From a bacterium (lineage in GTDB: Bacteria > Patescibacteriota > Doudnabacteria > UBA920 > 2-01-FULL-46-14): a DNA stretch of 64,000 nucleotides. A program made the translations under genes and the position numbers. This document shows positions 49,128 through 57,932 of the stretch, in pieces. The stretch lies in NCBI GenBank assembly GCA_030700065.1, contig JAUYKH010000003.1:2876-66875 (forward strand), in the 5' to 3' direction. A model generated the notes under the pieces. The model did not search any database, was not told the DNA's origin, and worked only from the letters and a program-made list of their open reading frames with translations. Position 1 is the first letter of the stretch, and each line of letters begins with the position of its first letter.

Positions 49128-50198
49128 ACTATTAAGCAGAGATGTTTTTCTAAAGATTGACTTCAGTACTGTTTCTGCCACGTTAACGGTAATTGCATTC
49201 CCGGATTGACGGTATAATTGTGTATCCGAAACCCCGGCACTTTTTGCTTTATAAACGAACTCATCAGGAAAACCCTGTAATCTGAAAGCTTCAACAGGGG
49301 TGATTCTTCTTATTCTGCCCGGCCCCTCAGTGCTTTCAGCCAGTGCTACTGACTGTTTAATATTGCTGAAATTTCCGAAAATAAAGCGATCAGAATAATA
49401 GTTATCCTGGTTTGCCCTATGGAGTTTATGCATTGTAGCAGTCAATGGTCTGGCAATTAACCGATTTATTTCCGATTTAGAACTATATCCACCTGTGCCA
49501 TCGGAAAGAATAGTTTTCAATATTTTTTTTGACAGATAATATTTGTCATCAACCTCCCTTTCAAGAAGGTGCCAAACTGTTTTATATCTTTGAGAAGTTT
49601 TTTCTTTCTGGAACTCCAGTTCTTTGATCTCTTCATAAACTCCTTGATTTTTTGTCCCTATAAGATATATGCGTCTTCTGGTCTGAGGTACACCAAAATT
49701 ATGGCTATTCAGAACATCAACACGCACTTTGTATTCCAACTTGACGGTTAGAATATCAAGAATACGTTGCAGAGTTTTCCCGTTATCGTGGCTCTGCAGG
49801 CCCCTAACATTTTCCAGTACAAAAAGTTGTGGTTTTTTCGTTTCTAATATTTTCGCTATATAGAAGAATAAAGTACCTCTTGCATCTGTAAATCCTTTCT
49901 TGAGTCCCATCAAGCTGAAAGGTTGACAGGGAAAGCCGGCAAAAAGAACTTCAAAATCCGGAATACTTTTTTCTATAGTTTTTTTCGATTCAAATTTTGT
50001 AATATCTCCGAGTCCTGTTTCTGAATCCACATCAAAATTTGTCCCATAAGTAAGTACTGCGTTTTTATCTATTTCACTGTACCCGACACATTTGGTATTT
50101 AAACCAATTTTTTTTCCGACCCTCTCCATTGCCAACCTAAAACCACCAATTCCGGAAAATAAATCTAAATACCGAACCTGTTCATTTCTGTTAAACAT
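49116..50198 (-). CDS. DNA (cytosine-5)-methyltransferase
   Basis: Motif I DLFSGIGG, motif IV GFPCQPFS and ENV (LENVRGL) are present. Confidence 0.9.
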   Translation of the reverse strand: MFNRNEQVRYLDLFSGIGGFRLAMERVGKKIGLNTKCVGYSEIDKNAVLTYGTNFDVDSETGLGDITKFESKKTIEKSIPDFEVLFAGFPCQPFSLMGLKKGFTDARGTLFFYIAKILETKKPQLFVLENVRGLQSHDNGKTLQRILDILTVKLEYKVRVDVLNSHNFGVPQTRRRIYLIGTKNQGVYEEIKELEFQKEKTSQRYKTVWHLLEREVDDKYYLSKKILKTILSDGTGGYSSKSEINRLIARPLTATMHKLHRANQDNYYSDRFIFGNFSNIKQSVALAESTEGPGRIRRITPVEAFRLQGFPDEFVYKAKSAGVSDTQLYRQSGNAITVNVAETVLKSIFRKTSLLNSLFR

Positions 50199-50220
50199 TT
50201 TTGTTTTTTCATTTTAATCT

Positions 50221-51372
50221 CTAAAAAGCTATTCGCTTTACGTTTTTTGCTATTATTCCTGCCAGGATCGGTGGGACAGAGTTTCCAATTTGATTATACC
50301 ATTGTGTAAAGGGACCGTAAAAAATATAGTTATCGGGAAAACTCTGGATTCTTGCTGCCTCTCTCGGAGTCAGTCCCCTCGTTTCATAGGGATGAATGTA
50401 CATATGACAGTCGAATTTCATATGTGAGGTGATGGTTTTTGAAGGTTCGTTAGGGAGAAGCTTATAAAATTTATCTTTAAAAATACCATTTCTTTTTGTG
50501 TACGGCATGATATGAGAAATAACAGGGTGGTCTGACTTTCCTCCCTGGGGCAATAGCCTGTATATCTCTATATCTCTTTTATTATTATATCTTGTTTTGT
50601 GATTGAATATAAATTCCGGAATTTTGCCACCATTGATTTTAAGGATATACTCGGGAGGTTTTTCTTTCGGGAAAAGTTCATCTTTTGTAAATCCATGGTC
50701 CCTTGATTCTATACTCGTATCATTCTTTTCTGATTTTGGTTGTAATTTTCTCAGTCCCCATAAAGCATCTTTTATAGGAACTTCTTTTGTTTCTTGATGT
50801 TTTAGAATCTGTGCAAATATGCGCTCTATTATATCATAAGGATTTTTAAATTTATCCGATCTACATCCGATGTAAAAAATTCTTTCTCTATTCTGTGGTA
50901 TTCCAAAGAATTTGGCATTTAAAACCCTATATTGTGTTTGATATCCGATTTTAAGAGAATCGTAAACAACTTGATCAGCAACTTTATTCATACCTTTAAC
51001 ATTCTCCATCAAAAACATTTTCGGCTTTATAATAGAAATGGCCTCCATAAATTTTTTATATAATTTATTTCTAGGATCATCAATAAGTCTTTGTCTGTTA
51101 GCCATACTAAAACCCTGGCAAGGGGGGCCTCCAACAACCAGATCACATTTAATACTAGCCAATTCCTTACTTTTATCCTTTATGAAATCCTCTATATCAC
51201 CGCACACAATCCTGTCCGGTGATATATGAAGGTAGTTCTTTTGGAACGTTTCAATTGAATGTTTATCTATATCATTTGCATACAGAGGTATGAATCCCTG
51301 TGATTCAAAGCCGATAGATAGCCCTCCTGCTCCGCAGAACAAATCAATAAAGGTAATTTTATTATTTTTCAT
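50221..51372 (-). CDS. DNA (cytosine-5)-methyltransferase (second copy)
   Basis: DLFCGAGG, GGPPCQGFS and ENVKGM are present. Confidence 0.9.
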   Translation of the reverse strand: MKNNKITFIDLFCGAGGLSIGFESQGFIPLYANDIDKHSIETFQKNYLHISPDRIVCGDIEDFIKDKSKELASIKCDLVVGGPPCQGFSMANRQRLIDDPRNKLYKKFMEAISIIKPKMFLMENVKGMNKVADQVVYDSLKIGYQTQYRVLNAKFFGIPQNRERIFYIGCRSDKFKNPYDIIERIFAQILKHQETKEVPIKDALWGLRKLQPKSEKNDTSIESRDHGFTKDELFPKEKPPEYILKINGGKIPEFIFNHKTRYNNKRDIEIYRLLPQGGKSDHPVISHIMPYTKRNGIFKDKFYKLLPNEPSKTITSHMKFDCHMYIHPYETRGLTPREAARIQSFPDNYIFYGPFTQWYNQIGNSVPPILAGIIAKNVKRIAF

Positions 51373-51778
51373 TCTTTTCGAGATAATCCATAACCTTTGC
51401 TATACACTTATTCGGATTAGTTTTTATTTGGTGCCCCCAAAATCTTAAGACCTTAATACCGTTTTTTCGGAGGTACATGCTTATTTTTCTATCTCTTTTT
51501 ATATTTTCTCTGATTTTTTCTTTCCAGAAGCCGGCATTACTTGCAGGAGCTATATAACATCTGGGGCATTTATGCCAGAAACAGCCATCTAAAAATACAG
51601 CTAATTTATTTTTCGGGAAAAATACATCTGGTTTTCCGTAAATTTTGGTTTTAATTCTATAATTTTTTAATCCTGCGCTGTAAAGGGATTTTCTGAAATT
51701 CAATTCCAATGTAGTATTCCGTGCTTTTATCTGCGACATGTTAAAACTGCGTTGTTTTCTGGTATGAACATCAGCCAT
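51362..51778 (-). CDS. vsr: very-short-patch repair endonuclease
   Basis: FLDGCFWHKCPRC is the Vsr signature. It overlaps the methyltransferase gene. Confidence 0.8.
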   Translation of the reverse strand: MADVHTRKQRSFNMSQIKARNTTLELNFRKSLYSAGLKNYRIKTKIYGKPDVFFPKNKLAVFLDGCFWHKCPRCYIAPASNAGFWKEKIRENIKRDRKISMYLRKNGIKVLRFWGHQIKTNPNKCIAKVMDYLEKNEK

Positions 51779-52481
51779 TGTCTGGTTTTTTTACGACTTG
51801 TATGACTTTTCCCGCACAATGATAACTTACTTCATTAGGGTGAATATAAATTGGCGGAAAATCTTGAGTTGATTCAGAAGATAAGACAACCTCTTGACGT
51901 TTCTGATCTATAAAGATTTTCTTGATATTTGCTGTATTATCTATAATTGAGACTATGTAATCTTTGTTTCCTGGAGTTTTATCCTCACTATCTACTATAA
52001 CATAGTCCCCGTCTTGTATTGATTGTCCTTTGATATTTGCTTTATTCATTGATGAGCCGACTGCTTTCAGAGCAAAGAGGCCCTTTTTTCTTTTTATAAG
52101 CTTAGAGGATAATTTTAAATACCCCTCAATATTATTTTCTGCAACAATAGAAGCAGGGCCACAATCAGCAGCTCCGACAATTGGGATACTTACAAACTGA
52201 CTATCTCGTACAGAATCGGTTATTTTTTTGATTATTTTGTTTTTCTTGTCTAACTTGACCAGTCCTTTATCAACCAACATCTGGAGGTGGTGCTTGATTT
52301 TTTGAGGATGGTCCACTCCGACAAGTTCACCAATTTCTCGGAGTTTTAAAGCTCCTATATTATTTTCTGATATCAACTTTAGAAGTTTCTCCTGGATAAT
52401 GTGCATAAATATATTATAATCTATCGACAGGATTTTGTCAACCCCAGTTGAAAACTTGACAAAGTCATTTTTCTCAGTCAT
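51771..52481 (-). CDS. LexA/CI-like repressor (HTH + S24 peptidase domain)
   Basis: An N-terminal HTH is present. The S24 serine sits in AVGSSM and the lysine in KIF. The gene overlaps vsr by 8 nt. Confidence 0.65.
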   Translation of the reverse strand: MTEKNDFVKFSTGVDKILSIDYNIFMHIIQEKLLKLISENNIGALKLREIGELVGVDHPQKIKHHLQMLVDKGLVKLDKKNKIIKKITDSVRDSQFVSIPIVGAADCGPASIVAENNIEGYLKLSSKLIKRKKGLFALKAVGSSMNKANIKGQSIQDGDYVIVDSEDKTPGNKDYIVSIIDNTANIKKIFIDQKRQEVVLSSESTQDFPPIYIHPNEVSYHCAGKVIQVVKKPDNG

Positions 52482-52770
52482 AATTGAAGTACCGGCATCA
52501 TGGCCACTACCGCAAATTTAACTTTTAAGCCATGGGAAGGATTTATATGTACCGAAGACGAAGAGGGCATGATACTTGGCATTTCTGCAGCAACTGTTCC
52601 AACTGGCCAACTTCTGATTGTGACTCCAGGCAGGACAAACCCACTTCCGGGGAATTCTGCAATGAGTGTCGCGCAAAGCGGGACAACGGAGAGTGCCGTT
52701 AAGGAGTAGTAGAAATTGACGGAGGTAGCGGTGAGTATTTAACTTTATAGTCTTATGCTTATCGTTCAGT

Positions 52771-52806
52771 AAAAGCAGGATCAATGGCTATGTTGATCCT
52801 GCTTTT
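52771..52806. terminator. bidirectional terminator hairpin (14-bp perfect stem AAAAGCAGGATCAA / TTGATCCTGCTTTT)
   Basis: Seen directly in the sequence. Confidence 0.5.
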
Positions 52807-53225
52807 ATTATTGAAGTATAGATATCCCTTACCAAAGCAAAATAAGTTTTCCAATTATCCCGAACGTCTCCAGGGAAGTACTTGAGAGCGCTGTCTTAAA
52901 GCCATTTCAAAGAGTTTTCCAAAATCCTGTTGCTTGCCCTTTGGACACGAAAAAACCAATTTGGCTCACATTAGCCAAAGTTTGAGATTCTCGTGTTGCT
53001 TGACCAATCGGCTTTGGAAAACTAAAAGCTGTTATTTAACACAAAAAAGCGTATAATTAAAACAAATGGTTAAAGTTAGGAAGTACATTTTAAGTGGCCT
53101 AATTGCAATTGCCTTATTTTCTATTTTGGCTTTTTTCTTTAACTTCTTGGGTGCAGAAGATGGTTTGGAAGCGTATTTAGGACTATGTGCAACATTTTTA
53201 GCTGTATATTTATATCGCGAGCACC

Positions 53226-53513
53226 ATGGCAAAATACAGTAAGATAATTATTTTTGTTTTGGTAATATTTCTTTTTATACTTGGCCAAAAATATAAAGCT
53301 TTGCAATCTGAGAATGAGGACTTATCTGCCGAGAACGAGGATATATCCGCGCTGGTTGATGAATACGACTATTCTTTAAGCCAAGCAAATGACAATATAG
53401 ATGAAGCGAACTCTATTATCGAAGATGCACAAGGATACGCATGGTCTAGCTATGAAGAAATGGGGGAAGCTTTAGATAACTTAACGACCGTAGATACAGT
53501 AAGTGCTCCTTAA
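53226..53513 (+). CDS. membrane-anchored acidic coiled-coil protein
   Basis: A TM segment is followed by the ENEDLSAENEDIS repeats. Confidence 0.35.
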   Translation: MAKYSKIIIFVLVIFLFILGQKYKALQSENEDLSAENEDISALVDEYDYSLSQANDNIDEANSIIEDAQGYAWSSYEEMGEALDNLTTVDTVSAP

Positions 53514-53746
53514 TTCATGTTGAAAGAAGTTTTATTTAAAATTAAGAGTCATTCATCAAAAATTTTAAAAATAATATTGATTTTAAGTATTGTTGGTGGG
53601 CTATTTTATTGGTATGAATATAGACCAGTAAGAATAAAACAATATTGTATGAAAGAGACGATCGAAAGGGTAAAGAATGCCAACAGGGCCACGGCCAGTA
53701 CAATTAGGCTACTCTATTGGAGATGCACGATAGAAAAAGGTTTATA

Positions 53747-54040
53747 ATGAAGAAAGTGGCAATACTCATAATTGCTGTAAGTTTCACTGCTAGTAGCTGT
53801 AACAATCAAGTATCTACGGGAATTAATCAATCTTCCGAAATTCAGGAACAAAAATCAGCTCCAGAAAAAACAAAATCAAGCTGTGATCCCAACTATTCAG
53901 GATGCGTTCCAATCGCCAGTGATGTGGACTGTGCCGGAGGAAGTGGAAACGGTCCAGCATATATAAGCGGGCCGCTGAAAGTCATTGGCACAGATATCTA
54001 CGGTTTGGATAGAGATCACGACGGTTTCGCTTGTGAATAA
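53747..54040 (+). CDS. lipoprotein with a C-terminal Excalibur calcium-binding domain
   Basis: A lipobox FTASSC is present, with C-terminal DRDHDGFACE. The track ORF starts at 53717. Confidence 0.6.
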   Translation: MKKVAILIIAVSFTASSCNNQVSTGINQSSEIQEQKSAPEKTKSSCDPNYSGCVPIASDVDCAGGSGNGPAYISGPLKVIGTDIYGLDRDHDGFACE

Positions 54041-54115
54041 TCCAAATTGTTGGTAAATAACTTATAGATATCCTTTAAGTTACTCGAACGAAAAAATTAA
54101 AAATCTTGTTGACTT

Positions 54116-54694
54116 ATGGAATCAAATATACATAAAGTGGAAATTGTTAAAGCGCCGCTTCCAAAAAACTGGCCTTCCATTATCGCGCTTGTAATTTCTA
54201 TAATTTCCCTTGGTTTTGTTGGATATAACTACTTTATTCTAGAACGAGCCTTAATTGGAATTTCTGATTTTAAAATAGAACGAGCCTTAATTAAAGACGA
54301 AGCATTATTGGTTTTATTTTACAATATTACTAATTATGGTAACGTACCGGCCCGTGATGTAAAATTAAAAATTTATACAATTCCAGTTGATGACGATAAT
54401 AATAAAGGTGAGCTAGCGTGGAATGACTCTGTTCCTGGCATGGTTTTTCCGAATACATCCTTGCCTTATGGTGGTATCCACTTTTTTAAAATTGGCGATG
54501 GTGAATCGCTTGGTAAAACAGTAGCACTGGTGTTTGATATAGAATACAAAGACTCTCTGGTCGGAAGTAGAACAACACAGCTATGGTTTAAGTATACAAT
54601 TGGCGATGAGGGAAAAGATGTTGTTCAATATCTACTTGGTAGCGAGAAGAGAAAGATTGATAACAAATATTTAGAGCTTAAAACTAATCCATAA
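54116..54694 (+). CDS. hypothetical membrane-anchored protein
   Basis: The 192-aa ORF has an N-terminal TM segment. Confidence 0.4.
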   Translation: MESNIHKVEIVKAPLPKNWPSIIALVISIISLGFVGYNYFILERALIGISDFKIERALIKDEALLVLFYNITNYGNVPARDVKLKIYTIPVDDDNNKGELAWNDSVPGMVFPNTSLPYGGIHFFKIGDGESLGKTVALVFDIEYKDSLVGSRTTQLWFKYTIGDEGKDVVQYLLGSEKRKIDNKYLELKTNP

Positions 54695-54933
54695 GAACGA
54701 TACGGTATAATCGCCATGATTAATGATTTCGTCTCAAAAACGATTTGCCACTTTTACCAGCGGCTCACTGCTGTTTTTTCATTATACTAGCGTCTGGGGT
54801 GTCAAAGTAAAAATCTGATAGATATCAAAAACAAGTCTCTCAAAAGTTTTCAACCTGTCTCGAAACGGTCTACCATCTGGAAAATATTCGATTGACCAAT
54901 TGACTATTTTAGGAATTGAGGTAAAATTACAGC

Positions 54934-55146
54934 ATGATTCAACAATTTACCGCAATTTATAAAAAGCACGGCAAATGGTTTTCAGGTTGGGTGGAAGAAA
55001 TTCCCGGGGTCAATACCCAAGGCAAAACTTTGAAAGAAGCAAAAGAAAATTTGAAAGAAGCCTTGTCGCTTGTGCTTGAAGTGAATCGAGCAATGACCAG
55101 AAAGGAAATTTCGGGCAAGGTTATCCGGGAACCGCTTAAGCTCTAG
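54934..55146 (+). CDS. hicB: HicB-family antitoxin
   Basis: The sequence AIYKKHGKWFSGWVEEIPGVNTQGKTLKEAKENLKEAL matches the HicB family. Confidence 0.8.
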   Translation: MIQQFTAIYKKHGKWFSGWVEEIPGVNTQGKTLKEAKENLKEALSLVLEVNRAMTRKEISGKVIREPLKL

Positions 55147-55151
55147 CTTAA

Positions 55152-55343
55152 ATGAAACGTGCTGATCTGATCCGTCATCTTTTCAGACACGGTTGCGTAT
55201 TTATCAGAGAAGGCGGCAATCACAGTGTGTTTTTCAATCCTGAATTACGAAAAGTTTCTACAATTCCGAGACATAAAGAAATCAATGATTTTTTAGCCAA
55301 GAAAATCTGCAGGGATTTGGGAATACCCAAACCGCGCCGATAA
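55152..55343 (+). CDS. hicA: HicA-family mRNA interferase toxin
   Basis: MKRADLIRHLFRHGCVFIREGGNHSVF...STIPRH matches the YcfA/HicA family. Confidence 0.8.
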   Translation: MKRADLIRHLFRHGCVFIREGGNHSVFFNPELRKVSTIPRHKEINDFLAKKICRDLGIPKPRR

Positions 55344-55491
55344 ATCGCTCCACGGCGATTTTTTAGTTTTTACCAATGCGATCTGGAAAACCTAAAGCTG
55401 TAATCTTGGGGGAGACGAAGAATATTTCCGTTCAGTTCGGTCAACAACAAAAGAAGCCTGATTCTCATCAGACTTCTAGAAAGTTGAGCCC

Positions 55492-55854
55492 TTAATCGGA
55501 CTCGGGTGGTTCTGAGCGGGTCGCTTCCAAAGCCAGGTCAATCACGGCACGTAGATTTCTCAACGTCTCGTGATCGATGACAAAACCAAAGAACTTTTTC
55601 TCCATGAGCTGGCCGTGCACGTCACGATGCGAATCGTGACAATGGCAGAAAGCAATGGCCACCGAGTCAGGGCCAGCGCAACTTTCAAAAGCAACCGCGA
55701 TCTCACCGAGCTGGACGGCCGAGTCTTCAAGCTCCTTCTTCCACCTTTCGAGATTGGCAGGAAAAAAAATTTGAGGAGCGTCCATGTCCATCTTTTCTTC
55801 CCCTTGCCTCACCGGTCCCGGAATGCCAACTTGAATACCTCCAAAACTGATCAT
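55492..55854 (-). CDS. hypothetical protein
   Basis: 120-aa ORF. Confidence 0.35.
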   Translation of the reverse strand: MISFGGIQVGIPGPVRQGEEKMDMDAPQIFFPANLERWKKELEDSAVQLGEIAVAFESCAGPDSVAIAFCHCHDSHRDVHGQLMEKKFFGFVIDHETLRNLRAVIDLALEATRSEPPESD

Positions 55855-56155
55855 GTAACCTCCTTTTTATTTAGCTTTGGCTATAAATTGCTTAACGTAG
55901 CATTATGTACTTTTAATGCTTTTTGTCAAGACCCCAACCGATTATAACGCCTATCAATTTAAACAGCGGGGTTCTAAAAAGTAGCAAAAATGGTGTATTC
56001 CTGTTATTATTTTGCTGTCAGTAAATCGGCTGTTGAAGTAGTACTGAATAAATCTGCTTAACCAACCCCTCAAAAGTTTTCAACCCGTCTCCTCCTCCGC
56101 GTGAAGCTTCGGACGGACGCGGTCGAAATGGGCTATTTGTTTTATAAAAAAACAA

Positions 56156-56253
56156 CCCCCTTTCTCTGATATGTCGTGCCATACTGGTCGGCAATTATGC
56201 CGTGAGGCGTTTCAAGCCTCGTGTGTATGGCGTAGACTGTCAGAGAAAGGGGG
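56156..56253. promoter_or_regulatory. ~98-nt nested inverted-repeat element (14-bp outer stem CCCCCTTTCTCTGA / TCAGAGAAAGGGGG with internal hairpins) upstream of the HAD gene
   Basis: Seen directly in the sequence. Confidence 0.4.
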
Positions 56254-56393
56254 ATTCCTTGTCGGGTGGTTCCTCGATAAGATACCTCCTGATTGGATTT
56301 TACATATATTATAGCAGAAAATTTGGGGTTTGTAAATAGCTTGTTGGGAAAAGGGGTTTTGAGTTTTTGAGCCCAGACCTTATAATAAAAAAT

Positions 56394-56993
56394 ATGAAAC
56401 CAAAAATCAAAGCCATTATTTTTGATCTCGGCGGGGTGATTACCCACGGCGGGTATCTGGATTTCGTGAAGCATTATTGTACGGCTTGTCTGACGCGCCA
56501 AGGCCAGAAAAAAATTTTTGAACTTGAGCACCAGGTGAATCTGGGGAAAATCACCGAGAGCCAATTTTACAAAAAAATCAGGGAAGTTTTTGGGGTGCGG
56601 CTGACCCCCAAGCAGATGCATAACCTGATCGTCAAACATATGAAAGCAGACAAGGGATTGGTTCACCTCATCCCGCACCTCAAAAAAGCCAAGATCGCGC
56701 TGTTTACCAATTCCATCGGCCATATGGCGCTCGAGGTTTTGCGCAAGCGGCACCTCTCCTCTCGGAGGATTTTTGACAAGGTTTTTGTTTCAACCAAGAT
56801 GCGTCTGGCCAAACCCGCTCGCCGGGCCTATCAATATGTGCTGAAGGAATTGAAGGTCAAACCCCGCGAAGCGATGATGGTGGATGACCGGCCGGAGAAT
56901 ATCCGGGCAGTGAAGAAAATCGGCATGCACGGAATTGTCTACAAAAATTCGCGACAGTTCAAGCGGGCAATTAAAAAATACGAATTGGTGTGA
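56394..56993 (+). CDS. HAD-superfamily hydrolase (phosphatase-like)
   Basis: Motif I IIFDLGGVIT is present, with C-terminal MVDDRPENIRAVKKIGMHGI. TATAAT sits 7 nt upstream of the ATG, which may indicate a leaderless transcript. The track ORF starts at TTG 56367. Confidence 0.75.
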   Translation: MKPKIKAIIFDLGGVITHGGYLDFVKHYCTACLTRQGQKKIFELEHQVNLGKITESQFYKKIREVFGVRLTPKQMHNLIVKHMKADKGLVHLIPHLKKAKIALFTNSIGHMALEVLRKRHLSSRRIFDKVFVSTKMRLAKPARRAYQYVLKELKVKPREAMMVDDRPENIRAVKKIGMHGIVYKNSRQFKRAIKKYELV

Positions 56994-57928
56994 AGATGGA
57001 AGCAAAAAAAGCAAAATTAATCATCATCGGTTCCGGGCCGGCGGGATTGACCGCCGCGATTTATGCCGCGCGGGCGGATTTGCAGCCCTGGCTCATTGCC
57101 GGCACCACATTTGGCGGCCAGTTGATGCTGACCACTGAAGTCGGCAATTATCCGGGATTTGTGGAAGATATCCATGGACCGGATTTGATTGGGCGCATGC
57201 TCAAGCAGGCCGAGCGGTTTGGCGCCGAAGTGGTGTTCAATGATATTATTAAGGTAGATTTTAATTCCCGCCCGTTTCGCCTCGCCGCAGATGGCGCGCA
57301 GTACGAGACCCAAGCCGTGATTATCGCGACCGGCGCTTCGGCCCAGTGGCTCAATATTCCTTCGGAAGAACGGCTGCGCGGGAAAGGGGTCTCAAGCTGC
57401 GCGACCTGCGACGGTTTTTTCTTCAAAGGCAAGAAAGTGGCCGTGGTCGGGGGTGGGGATACTGCCATGGAGGAGGCGACCTATCTTACGAAATTCGCAA
57501 CTGAAGTGACGGTCATACATCGCCGCGACGCTCTGCGCGCTTCAAAGATCATGCAAGAGCGGGCGTTGGCCAATCCAAAGATCAAATTTATTTGGGACAG
57601 CGAAGTTGTGGAGATTTTGGGCGAGAATGACGTCACTGGAGTCAAAATCCGCAATGTCAAATCCGGGGAGACGTGGGATTTGGAAGTCGAAGGAGTTTTT
57701 GTTGCCATAGGGCACGAGCCGAACACAAAATTCCTTCAGGGGTCGGGAATTGAACTTGATAAAAAGGGATATGTAGTCATTCACGATCATAGCCTGACCA
57801 ATATCGAGGGGGTGTTTGTGGCAGGGGATGTCCACGACCATGTTTACCGACAGGCCATCACTGCGGCCGGCGCGGGTTGCCGCGCGGCAATGGACGCGGA
57901 ACGGTGGCTGGCCGAGCACAGGGCATAA
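56990..57928 (+). CDS. trxB: thioredoxin-disulfide reductase
   Basis: FAD motif IIIGSGPAG, redox-active CATCDG and NADPH motif VVGGGDTAMEEA are present. Confidence 0.92.
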   Translation: MKMEAKKAKLIIIGSGPAGLTAAIYAARADLQPWLIAGTTFGGQLMLTTEVGNYPGFVEDIHGPDLIGRMLKQAERFGAEVVFNDIIKVDFNSRPFRLAADGAQYETQAVIIATGASAQWLNIPSEERLRGKGVSSCATCDGFFFKGKKVAVVGGGDTAMEEATYLTKFATEVTVIHRRDALRASKIMQERALANPKIKFIWDSEVVEILGENDVTGVKIRNVKSGETWDLEVEGVFVAIGHEPNTKFLQGSGIELDKKGYVVIHDHSLTNIEGVFVAGDVHDHVYRQAITAAGAGCRAAMDAERWLAEHRA

Positions 57929-57932
57929 AAAT

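Noticed and set aside
56142-56753. 203-aa minus-strand ORF
   Set aside because: It overlaps the well-supported plus-strand HAD hydrolase and runs through the nested inverted-repeat element. It is likely spurious.
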